Below, one piece after another: positions 55,315 through 64,000 of a stretch of DNA of 64,000 nucleotides. Every line of letters begins with the position of its first letter. The stretch's first letter is position 1. A program made the translations under genes and the position numbers. Source of the DNA: Candidatus Multivorans sp. (GTDB lineage: Bacteria > Acidobacteriota > Thermoanaerobaculia > Multivoradales > Multivoraceae); assembly GCA_965247095.1 (NCBI GenBank), contig OZ251997.1, forward strand, positions 3,808,001 to 3,872,000. The letters are read 5' to 3'. The notes under the pieces were generated by a model. The model was not told where the DNA came from and did no database searches. It saw nothing but the letters and a program-made list of their open reading frames with translations.

Positions 55315-56343
55315 CTACCCGCCCCTGAGCGCCGGGATCACCTGCTCGCCGTACGCCGCGAGCGTGCCTTCCTTGTCGTCGTGCATCAGGTAGACGGCGA
55401 AGTGGTCGACGCCCAGCGACTTCAGTTCCCGCAGCTTCTCGATGTGGGCTTCCGCCGGGCCGAGCACGCACAGGCGGTCGACGATGCCGTCGGGCACGAA
55501 CTCGGTGTCCGGGTTGCCGCTGCGGCCGTGGTGCGAGTAGTCGTACCCCTGACGCTGGCGAATGTACTCGGCGAGTGCGTGCGGGACCTTCGAGTCGTCC
55601 TCGCCGTAGCGCATGACCAGGTCGTGGATGTGGTTGCCCACCATGCCGCCGAACCAGCGCAACTGGTCGCGCTGATGCGCGAGGTCGTCGCCGACGTAGG
55701 CCGGCGCCACCACGCAGACCGTGATCGCGTCCGGATCGCGCCCCTCGTCCTCGGCCGCGTCCCGCACCGCCTGCAGTGTCCACTCCAGGATCTTCGGGTC
55801 GGCCAGTTGCAGCACGAAGCCGTCGGCGTGGCGGCCGACGACGTCGAGCGCCTTCGGACCGTAGGCAGCCACCCAGATCGGTAGTTCCGAGCCGGCCTCG
55901 CTCCGCCACGGGATGCTGACCGAAGTGCCACCCAAATCCGCCTCGCGCCCCGCGAACAGCGCCCGCATGACTCCCATCGCGTCGACCACGGCCGAAAGCG
56001 GCGCCGGTCGTCGGCCGATGTAGCGCAGCGCCGAATCGCCTCTGCCCATAGCGCAGGTCGTCCGCCCGGGGTACATCGAGTCCAGGGTGGCAAACAGCGA
56101 CCCGAGCACCGTCACGTCCCGGGTGCCCGGGTTCGTCACCATCGGGCCGACCGCCATCCGCTCCGTGCGTGCCAGGATCTGCGAGAAGATGACGAACGGC
56201 TCCGGCCACAGGACGTGGGAGTCAAACAGCCAGCAGTGCTCGAAGCCGCGGCTCTCGGCCATGACTGCAAGTTCGACGACGCGGTCAATCGGCGGGTCGG
56301 GTTGGAGGACCAGGCCGAAGGACATCCGGTCGATGGTGGTCAT
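55315..56343 (-). CDS. LLM-class oxidoreductase, putatively F420-dependent (TIGR03842-like)
   Basis: FDSHVLW, GPMVTNPGTRD, GRGDSA, RWFGGMVGNH, YLMHD. Confidence 0.85.
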   Translation of the reverse strand: MTTIDRMSFGLVLQPDPPIDRVVELAVMAESRGFEHCWLFDSHVLWPEPFVIFSQILARTERMAVGPMVTNPGTRDVTVLGSLFATLDSMYPGRTTCAMGRGDSALRYIGRRPAPLSAVVDAMGVMRALFAGREADLGGTSVSIPWRSEAGSELPIWVAAYGPKALDVVGRHADGFVLQLADPKILEWTLQAVRDAAEDEGRDPDAITVCVVAPAYVGDDLAHQRDQLRWFGGMVGNHIHDLVMRYGEDDSKVPHALAEYIRQRQGYDYSHHGRSGNPDTEFVPDGIVDRLCVLGPAEAHIEKLRELKSLGVDHFAVYLMHDDKEGTLAAYGEQVIPALRGG

Positions 56344-56394
56344 GGCCTTGCTCCCTCCATTGGGGCAGGTTAGCAGCCGGCATGGTGCTCTAGT

Positions 56395-58361
56395 CCGAAG
56401 TTCTGAGCTTCAAGTCGTGAAATCGCCTGTAGTGGTGGGCGTTTTCAGTTGTTCGGCGGTGTCTTGTACTGGGTACGTCGACTTCAGGGGCGGATGCCGA
56501 GTAGTTTGAAGGCTTCGTTCTGGAGTGGAGTGGGCCGTGCGAGGACGTCGGCGGTGGAGTCGGCCTTGCCGTGCATCCGCACGCGGTTTCGGGTCAGCGT
56601 GGCCAGGTCGGCGAGCAAGGTCTGGAAGCTGTGGACGGGGAGTCCGTCGGGGGTCCTCCGGGAGTTGGCCTTGGTCATTGCCTCGTGCGACCTTCGCGCG
56701 GGATCGACGGGCGACTCGCGTTGGTCGTCGCGGCGTTGGTCGTCGAAGAGGAGGGGCGCCAGGGTCCGGCGCATGTGCCACTCGACGTAGTAGGCGAGCA
56801 TGCAGAGGAAGACGTGGGCGCGTACCCTCGAGGCTAGGCGATGGTGGACGGGGCGCACTTTGAGGTCGACGCTCTTGTAGGAGCGGAAGGCGCGTTCGAC
56901 GCGGCTGAGGCTCTTGTAGGCGCGGACCGCATCGGCTGCCGGCAGTTCGTCTTCGGGGACGTTGGTGCGGATGACGTAGAAGCCGTCGAGAGCGGCTTCC
57001 TCGGCGATGCGCGCCTCGTTGCGGCGGTATTGGAAGCCGTCCTCTTCGATCTCGACCTCGAAGTGCTTGCCGGCCTTGTAGGCGCCCAGGGCGCGGTCCG
57101 CGCGCACGGCGATGGCGTCCTTGCCGCGCAGGGGGTTCTTCTTGCGCCGCGTCGCCGCAACGACGGCGTCGAGCTTGCGCTCGGTGGATTCGAGAAGCTC
57201 CTGGCGCTTGCGGCCGCGTTCCTCCGCCAGAAGCGGGTTCCGGCACACCACGAGGCGCTCCTTGGGGTACAGCTCCGGGACGCTGATCTCGGCCATCTTC
57301 CGCTGGTCGAAGAGCGACAGTTGCAGGTGGCCTTCCTGGGCCAGCGTCCTGATCGCCGGCGCGCGCAGGGCGCTGATCCAGGACAGGCCCGCGGGGTCGA
57401 GGTCCTCGCGGATGCGCGCGTCGGTGATCAGGCCCCGGTCTGAGACCATCACGATCCTCTCCAGCGAGAAGCGGTCGCGGAGCTTCTGCACCTGGGCGTT
57501 CAGGGTCGTCGGATCGGCCGTGTTGCCCTCGAATACCTCGACCGCGACCGGGCATCCGTCCCGGCTGCAGAGCAGGCCGAAGACGATCTGGACCTTGCCT
57601 CTCTTCTTGTCCCTGGAGTAGCCGTGCCTGGCCAGCGTGCACTTCCTGCCCTCAAAGTAGACCGAGGTCACGTCGTAAAGCACCAGCGAGCCGTCTTCCA
57701 GATGCCGCCGGGCAAGAGTCCGCTCGATGCGCGGCTGTCTTTCGAGCAGCCAGTCCATGGCGCCGTAGAGTTCGTCGGCCGAGGCCTCCTGCACGCCGAG
57801 TTCCTCGCCGAGGGTGTGGCTCATGGTCTCGCTCGCGAGTCCGCGGGCGGTGGCGAGCTTGGATCGCGGCTCGAGGATGCGGGCCGCGATCATGGCCAGC
57901 GCCAGTGCCCGTTCGCGCGAGGGCCGTCGGTCGAGGAGTCGTTCGATGCCGAGGCTTCGGGCCACGCCGAGGACGGCGGCGACATGGCCGTGCGGTCTGG
58001 CGCGCAGGATTTCGAAGGCGGCCTCGAGCGAAGGCAGGGCGACTCCTCCCTTGAGCAGGGTTCTGAGTCCTTCGACGAGTTGGTCGGGCCACTTGGAGAG
58101 GTTGGCGAGAGTGCGTTTCTTGACCTTTCCGTCCTGTCGGTAGGACTCTCTCAGCAGGACGGCGGGTGGTGAGTTTCGGTTGGGTACCCGTTCGATGTAC
58201 ATGGCTTCTCATTGTAGACGCAACCATTCAGACTGTCTACATGCCACGAGATCCTTACATGGCTACCACTGGCAGAAAACAGGGGCGGCCCAACACCCGA
58301 AAACCCAAGCACTGCAACGCCTCTCGACGACGAGGAGGCCCCAGGAGCCTCAGAACTTCGG
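56395..58361 (-). mobile_element. IS1634-family element
   Basis: Perfect 13-bp IR CCGAAGTTCTGAG; 6-bp TSD TCTAGT (56389-56394, 58362-58367). Confidence 0.92.
56484..58202 (-). CDS. IS1634 transposase
   Basis: LYDVTSVYFEG, GYSRD, VSDRG, VERAFR, RVRAHVFLCMLAY. Confidence 0.93.
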   Translation of the reverse strand: MYIERVPNRNSPPAVLLRESYRQDGKVKKRTLANLSKWPDQLVEGLRTLLKGGVALPSLEAAFEILRARPHGHVAAVLGVARSLGIERLLDRRPSRERALALAMIAARILEPRSKLATARGLASETMSHTLGEELGVQEASADELYGAMDWLLERQPRIERTLARRHLEDGSLVLYDVTSVYFEGRKCTLARHGYSRDKKRGKVQIVFGLLCSRDGCPVAVEVFEGNTADPTTLNAQVQKLRDRFSLERIVMVSDRGLITDARIREDLDPAGLSWISALRAPAIRTLAQEGHLQLSLFDQRKMAEISVPELYPKERLVVCRNPLLAEERGRKRQELLESTERKLDAVVAATRRKKNPLRGKDAIAVRADRALGAYKAGKHFEVEIEEDGFQYRRNEARIAEEAALDGFYVIRTNVPEDELPAADAVRAYKSLSRVERAFRSYKSVDLKVRPVHHRLASRVRAHVFLCMLAYYVEWHMRRTLAPLLFDDQRRDDQRESPVDPARRSHEAMTKANSRRTPDGLPVHSFQTLLADLATLTRNRVRMHGKADSTADVLARPTPLQNEAFKLLGIRP

Positions 58362-58428
58362 TCTAGTGTGCCACGATGGACAGGGTCGCCGGTGGCGCGG
58401 CCGGCCGGGCATGCGAAGTGAGGGCGAT

Positions 58429-59547
58429 ATGCGGATTGGCATTCCCACGGAGATCAAGACGGACGAGCACCGGGTCGCGATTACACCGTCCGGCGTTGGC
58501 GCGTTCGTGGCGCGCGGCCACGAGGTGGCGATTCAAGCCGGCGCGGGCGTGGGCAGCGCGATCCCGGACGACGCGTTCCGGCGGGCGGGCGCTTCGGTGG
58601 TCGAGGGGGCCGATGCGGTCTGGGCACAGTCCGAGATGATCCTCAAGGTCAAGGAGCCGCTCGAACCGGAGTTCGAGTTCATGCGCCGCGGGCAGATCCT
58701 CTTCACGTATCTCCACCTGGCCGCGTCGGAGGAGTTGACTGCGCGGCTGCTCGAACGGCGGGTCGTGGGCATCGGCTACGAGACGGTGCAGCTCGCGGAC
58801 GGCGTTCTGCCGCTGCTGGCGCCGATGTCGGAGGTGGCCGGGCGGCTGTCGATTCAGGCCGGCGCCGCGTCGCTCGAGCGGCTGGCCGGCGGCAAGGGGC
58901 TGCTGCTGCCCGGGGTCACCGGCGTGCGCCGGGGACGGGTCACGATCATCGGCGCCGGTGTCGTGGGGTTGAACGCCTGTGTGGTCGGCGTCGGCTTCGG
59001 CGCCGACGTCACGATCCTCGACATCGATCCCCGGCGGCTGAGCTATGTGCGCGACGTGGTCCAGGGCCACGTGACGACGCTGATGTCGAACGACGCGAAC
59101 ATCGAGGGCGCGGTGGCTTCGGCCGATCTCGTCGTCTGCTCCGTGCTGATTCCGGGCGCCCGCACGCCGCGCCTGGTTACCCGCGCCCACCTGGCGCGGA
59201 TGGAGCCGGGGTCGGCGCTGGTGGACGTGGCGGTCGACCAGGGCGGTTGCGCCGAGACAAGCCGCCCGACCACCCACCGCGATCCGCGCTACGTCGAAGA
59301 AGGGGTGATCCACTACTGCGTCTCGAACATGCCCGGCGCCGTCCCCCACACCTCAACCTACGCGCTAACCAACGCGACGATGACCTATGCCTTGGAGATC
59401 GCCGACCGCGGCTGGCGAGCGGCGGCGGAACGCGACCCGGCCCTCGCCGCCGGCGTCAACGTCGTCGAGGGACAGGTGACCCACCAGGCGGTCGCCGCCG
59501 CCCACGGCCTCGACTGGTCGCCCCTCGAAGGACGGGGCGGAGGCTGA
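58429..59547 (+). CDS. ald: Alanine dehydrogenase
   Basis: [42 protein letters not shown]. Confidence 0.95.
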   Translation: MRIGIPTEIKTDEHRVAITPSGVGAFVARGHEVAIQAGAGVGSAIPDDAFRRAGASVVEGADAVWAQSEMILKVKEPLEPEFEFMRRGQILFTYLHLAASEELTARLLERRVVGIGYETVQLADGVLPLLAPMSEVAGRLSIQAGAASLERLAGGKGLLLPGVTGVRRGRVTIIGAGVVGLNACVVGVGFGADVTILDIDPRRLSYVRDVVQGHVTTLMSNDANIEGAVASADLVVCSVLIPGARTPRLVTRAHLARMEPGSALVDVAVDQGGCAETSRPTTHRDPRYVEEGVIHYCVSNMPGAVPHTSTYALTNATMTYALEIADRGWRAAAERDPALAAGVNVVEGQVTHQAVAAAHGLDWSPLEGRGGG

Positions 59548-59569
59548 CGGGGGGGCGGCGACCGGCTCG

Positions 59570-60240
59570 GAACTGGTCTCCGCTGATGCGCCAGGTCGTC
59601 GCCGACGTAGGCTGGCGTCACCACGGAGACCGTGGTCGCGGCCTTCGTCCTCGGACGCGTCCCGTACCGCCTGCAGCGTCCACTCCAGGATCTTCGGATC
59701 GGCCAGTTGCAGCACGAAGCCGTCGGCATGACGGCCGCCCGTGTCGAGCGCCTTCGGGCCGTAGGCCGTGACCCAGATCGGTAGTTCCGAACCTGCGTCG
59801 TTTTGCCATGGGATGCTGACTGACGTGCCACCCCGATCGGCCTCACGGCCCGCGAACAGCGCCCGCATGACTCCCATCGCGTCGACCACGGCCGAAAGCG
59901 GCGCCGGCCGCCGGCCGATGTGGCGAAGCGCCGAATCGCCCCGGCCCATGGCGCACGCCGTGCGCCCCGGGTACATCGAGTCGAGCGTCGCGAACAACGA
60001 CGCGAGCACCGTCGTGTCGCGCGTGCCCAGGTTCGTCACCATCGGTCCGACGGCCATCCGCTCCGTGCTCGCCAGGATCTGCCAGAAGATGACGAACGCC
60101 TCCGGTCACAGTACGTGTGAGTCGAAGAGCCAGCAGTGGTCGAACCCGCGGCCCTTGGCCATGACCGCGAGTTCGACGACGCGCGAGATCGGCGGGTCGG
60201 GTTGGAGGACCACGCCGAAGGACATCTGGTCAACGTTTGC
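59570..60240 (-). pseudogene. Decayed paralog of the 55315-56343 LLM gene
   Basis: Close match; TGG>TGA at 60106-60108, small deletions/frameshift near 59630, 3' part missing. Confidence 0.9.
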
Positions 60241-60603
60241 CTAGTCGTGGTCCAACTGAGGCATACGAAGTCAGGCTAGCAGAGACGACGCTCTGGCCCC
60301 GTGCCGATCACTCAAGCACAGGACAGGCCTCTCTCAGCCTTCAACGGGCCTACCGAACCTAATGGTCGACCGCGATAGTGCGTCATCGTCTGGAGGAACC
60401 GAGAGACCGTCTCGGCGACGGAGAGAGTGGCCTCGAAGTCCCCCGGCAAGGCGGAACGACCACCTTCCCCGGAACTTCACGAGAAGGTCACGGAAGATTG
60501 CAGCCCGAGGCCGCCCCAGGGAATCGCAGTTGTAGTTCCCTTCGTGAAGAGCCACCCACTGCCGAGTTGAGAGTTGCCACTGGCGGCGGGCACGCGGTGG
60601 CGG

Positions 60604-60632
60604 TTGACGTTGAGCTGCCCAATGTCTATCTT
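60604..60632 (+). promoter_or_regulatory. Candidate sigma70 promoter of the KTSC-OLD operon
   Basis: TTGACG-N17-TATCTT. Confidence 0.5.
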
Positions 60633-60764
60633 GTGCTGTCCGTTGCGCGCCCCTCAACAGTTGAACCGCGAAACGCGCGTCACGGCCTACCGACTCTTGA
60701 AAACGCCTCGCCCCTCGTGTCCTTCGTAGCAGGGAGTCACGTCTGGCAGAGTAAGGAGCCTCCA

Positions 60765-60977
60765 ATGTGCCGAATCCCAGTCGTTTCCAGTAGTCTGTCT
60801 TCCGTGGGCTTTGACCCGATAGAGCGTACCTTGGAGATAGAGTTCCATGGAGGGCGTGTCTATCGCTACTTCGCCGTTCCAGTAGCGGAGTATGACGGTC
60901 TCATGCATTCCTCCTCGAAGGGCAAGTACTTCAACGTGAACATCAAATATCGATACCGTTTCTCTCGTGTCGAGTGA
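60765..60977 (+). CDS. KTSC domain protein
   Basis: VSSSLSSVGFD..TLEIEFHGGRVYRY..VP..YDGLM.SSSKGKYFN; AAGGAG RBS. Confidence 0.9.
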   Translation: MCRIPVVSSSLSSVGFDPIERTLEIEFHGGRVYRYFAVPVAEYDGLMHSSSKGKYFNVNIKYRYRFSRVE

Positions 60978-61144
60978 ATTCGATGTTCATCTCTCAAGTC
61001 AGTGTCAGGAACTTTCGGTCGGTTCTGGACGAGACACTCTCCTGCGACCGTCTCACCGCACTCGTCGGTAGGAACGGCGCTGGGAAGTCGTCGTTCCTAC
61101 GAGCACTGGAGTTGTTCTACGATCCGTCGGCGACGGTGAGCGAT

Positions 61145-62420
61145 CAGTGCTGTCCCACAAACTTCAGCGCAGTGCGAGTTGAGTCTGTGCGTTTCTGGGA
61201 TCAGGGGGTCCGCTCCGGGGTTCGAACAGGTCCAGGAGCGGTCTTCGCGCGAACAGGTTGAGTTGCAGGAGGCGCAGGATTTCGCTCATGGTCCAGGACA
61301 TCTTGTTGACGAACTTCAGGTAGGCGAGCAGGAGATGCACGCACATGGCGATCCAGATCTGGGTCATGACGGCATTGCGCGAAGTGCCGACGAAGCTCTT
61401 GATGCGCAGGTTCTGCTTGATCCACTTGAAGAAGGTCTCGATCTGCCAACGCTGCTTGTAGATGGCCGCGATGGTCTTCGGAGCGAGCCTGAAGTTGTTG
61501 GTGAGGAACGCGTAGAACTTCTTCGTGTCGGGGTCGCGATAGCCGACTCGACGCAGCGGAATCGGACACCGGGCGCGGCCTCTGACGCTGGTCAACTCGA
61601 TGATCTGGTCCGAGGTCACGCCCGTCCCAGGCGCGAACGACCGCCGCTCTCGAACCGCGTACTTGATCTTGCGCTTCAGCCGAGTGACCAGGAAAACCCC
61701 TTGTGCATCAAGGGATTTCAGCCACTCGAAGTCGAGGTACAGCCGGTCCGCAGCGACGATGCTTCCCTTCGGCAGACGAAGGGACCGCGCCACCTCAACG
61801 TCCGACCCCTTGCCGTCCGTGACTTGCAGGAACGCCGGCAGAAAGCCTTCGTGGTCCAGCCCCACGTGGAGCTTCAGCGCCCCCTTCGTCGTGCGGTACT
61901 GCGCCCACGGAAACAGCTCCAGGCACAGGTCCACGTACGTCGCATCCAGCGAGAACAGCTTGTTGTGGAACCGGAACCCGTGCCCCGGCGCCGTCGTACG
62001 GCATCGCGCCAGCAAACGACCGAACAACGCCTCGTAGAGACCGGAGGGCTGCTTCTCGTTGACGCGCGCCAGCGACGACCGGGCCACCCGGCCCACGCCA
62101 AGGTGGTAGAGCTTGTGAGCCTGCGCGTCCAGGTTCGACACGATGTCGCGCAGGCTGCACCGCCCGGAAAGCTGGGCCGTCGCCATCGCTACGAACTGGC
62201 TCCAGCGGCTCATCGAGCGCAGCTTGCGTCCCCTGTGGTGCCTTCCCGCCTCCCGCTCGAACTCATGTCTCGACACCAGCTTGAGGAACTGACCGAGTAC
62301 GGTACCATTGTGCGCCATGGGTCTGGATCTCCTTGCCGTCATTGGCTTTGTGTGAAAACCAATCATACGACAGGGCACGATTCAGACCCATCCTGACCCT
62401 CCGTTTGTGGGACAGCACTG
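61145..62420 (-). mobile_element. IS4-family element
   Basis: Perfect 18-bp IR CAGTGCTGTCCCACAAAC; 9-bp TSD GTGAGCGAT. Confidence 0.95.
61164..62318 (-). CDS. IS4 transposase (DUF4372 N-terminus)
   Basis: LDAT, KLH, ADRLY, YKQRWQIETFFKWIKQ (YREK motif). Confidence 0.93.
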   Translation of the reverse strand: MAHNGTVLGQFLKLVSRHEFEREAGRHHRGRKLRSMSRWSQFVAMATAQLSGRCSLRDIVSNLDAQAHKLYHLGVGRVARSSLARVNEKQPSGLYEALFGRLLARCRTTAPGHGFRFHNKLFSLDATYVDLCLELFPWAQYRTTKGALKLHVGLDHEGFLPAFLQVTDGKGSDVEVARSLRLPKGSIVAADRLYLDFEWLKSLDAQGVFLVTRLKRKIKYAVRERRSFAPGTGVTSDQIIELTSVRGRARCPIPLRRVGYRDPDTKKFYAFLTNNFRLAPKTIAAIYKQRWQIETFFKWIKQNLRIKSFVGTSRNAVMTQIWIAMCVHLLLAYLKFVNKMSWTMSEILRLLQLNLFARRPLLDLFEPRSGPPDPRNAQTQLALR

Positions 62421-63910
62421 GTGAGCGATGGAGATTTCTATGCGGAGAAGACAGATCGAGAAATCCAGATTGCGGTGACGTTCTCGGAGCTTTCGGCCTC
62501 CGCGCGCAACCTCTTCAGGTACTATCTCGATGGCGATACCCTAACAGTGACGCGCGTGTTTAGGCAGGGGGTGGGTGGCAAGGGCGCGACCTATCACGGA
62601 GTTCGCCGGCAGCATAGCGGCTTCAGCGAGGTTCGGGCGGCGACTACGAAGCAGGAAACCAGGCGGCGGTACGCGGCTCTGCGGAAAGAACCTATGTACG
62701 CGGACCTACCCGCGGCCAAGTCCGCTGATGCTGCTCGGGCGGCCCTCGGCGCCTGGGAAGATGAGAATCCAGCTTCTTGCTGTCCGATGCGAGACGAAGG
62801 CCAGTTCTTTGGCTTCACAGGTGTGGGGCGGGGATACCTAGGTCGACATACGCGCTACATCAGGGTGCCCGCTGTCCGGGACGCCCTTACGGACGCAACT
62901 GAGGGCCGAGGTTCGTACCTTACCGAGATCATGAACCTAGTCACGCGTAGCGCGCTCTCGGAACGTGCTGACATCGAGGGCTTTCGGCGTGATATGCAGG
63001 CCAAGTATGAGGAACTGCTGGATCCCGCGGGCCTCCCGGAACTGATGGACCTCGGGAAGCGCCTGACGACAACGTTGTCTCGGTATGCGCCAGAGGCTCA
63101 TGCCACGCTGACATGGTCCGGCTTTACGCCGATTCCGATCGGGATGCCCGTGGCGGAGGTTCGCCTTTGCGAGGACGGCTACGAATCGCCGGTAGACCAA
63201 ACGGGTCACGGTCTTCAGCGGGCGTTCATCTTCACCATGCTTGAGCAACTGGCCGGTTCCAAGGACCAGCCGGTCGCTGACCTTGAGGCAGGCGTCCAGG
63301 CCGAGGGCATCCCCAACGTGGTTTTCGCGATCGAGGAGCCGGAAATCTACCAGCACCCGGGGCGGCAACGGCACTTGGCTTCTGTGTTGCTCAAGCTCGC
63401 CGAAGGCTCCGTCGCGGGCGTGGCTGGGAATACCCAGGTGATCTACACAACGCACGCACCCCTCTTTGTTGGCTTGGATCGATTCGATCAGGTAAGAGTG
63501 CTCAGCAAGAGAAACGTCGAGGGGGGCGGACCGGCGGCGACTGCCGTGGCCGCTGTCACTCTTGAAGAGATTGCTCAGCGGTTGGCTTGCCTCTACAGGC
63601 GAACTCCGGCGACCCACACGTCCGACAGTCTTCGGCCCCGAATGCAGGCAATCATGACGCCGTGGATGAACGAGGGTTTCTTCGCGGATGTGGTAGTGCT
63701 AGTAGAAGGGGAGGCCGACCGCTTGGCGCTTCTGGCAGTGGCGGCTGCGCAAGGGTGTGATCTGGAGGCGCTCGGCGTTTGTGTCGTTCCGTGCGGTGGG
63801 AAACACAGCATGGATCGCCCGGCCGTTGTGTTCCAATCTCTCGGTATTGAGACATATCTGGTTTGGGACAACGACAGAGGCGGGGGCGAGTCCCTCTCTG
63901 CCAACGTACG

Positions 63911-64000
63911 TGACACAGCGGCCATCCCGTTGAATAGTGGAGGGCACACGTTGGCAAGGAGGATCAATGTCAAGACGAGAGCAGAGGTTTGGCGGCGGCT
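63911..64000 (+). mobile_element. Possible left end of a further IS (IS3-like)
   Basis: TGACAC start, AGGAGG plus out-of-frame ATG at 63967 (MSRREQRF); OLD-like sequence appears to stop here. Confidence 0.35.

Larger units (their letters stand above)
60974..64000 (+). pseudogene. OLD-family ATP-dependent endonuclease (ABC ATPase + TOPRIM) interrupted by IS4
   Basis: NFRS, GRNGAGKSS; frame resumes at 62430 with GHGLQR, AIEEPEIYQHP, TTH, VLVEGEAD, WDND. Confidence 0.9.

Noticed and set aside
56390-58366. IS1634 with CTAG-terminated ends and no TSD (implying rearrangement)
   Set aside because: Re-reading gives a perfect 13-bp IR with a clean 6-bp TSD TCTAGT
60240-60760. Retron msr-msd or other ncRNA upstream of the OLD operon
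   Set aside because: No reverse transcriptase in the window and no convincing long inverted repeats

Overview
High-GC bacterial chromosomal window. The gene content (GspE/F/G/G/K-like plus TPR-secretin cluster, ASPIC/FG-GAP lipoprotein, Cys-bracketed C-terminal domain on a surface protease) suggests Acidobacteriota, possibly Thermoanaerobaculia; this is inference. Core genes: two ECF sigma factors, HAL2/CysQ-like nucleotidase, rfbBAC, pcnB, gltA, acnA, queE, yqgE, dut, a T2SS/T4P-like operon headed by an ECF sigma/anti-sigma pair, waaA-lpxK, an NSS transporter, polA and ald. Accessory zone 1 (38.5-47.3 kb): decayed RHH/ParE toxin-antitoxin pair, a three-level IS nest (IS3 relic > IS3 > IS30), an ISNCY/IS481-like IS whose end supplies a perfect -35, and a lower-GC cassette resembling a secreted pore-forming bacteriocin plus immunity gene. 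Accessory zone 2 (56-64 kb): IS1634, a decayed LLM paralog and a KTSC + OLD-nuclease operon broken by IS4. Strongest leads: a strand-specific structured non-coding module in the IS30 3' end that shares an exact 19-mer with an unrelated IS3 relic, the bacteriocin-like cassette, the KTSC-OLD candidate defence operon, and three modular palindromic repeat families, some translated inside a pseudopilin leader. All family calls are by motif recognition only; no searches were run.
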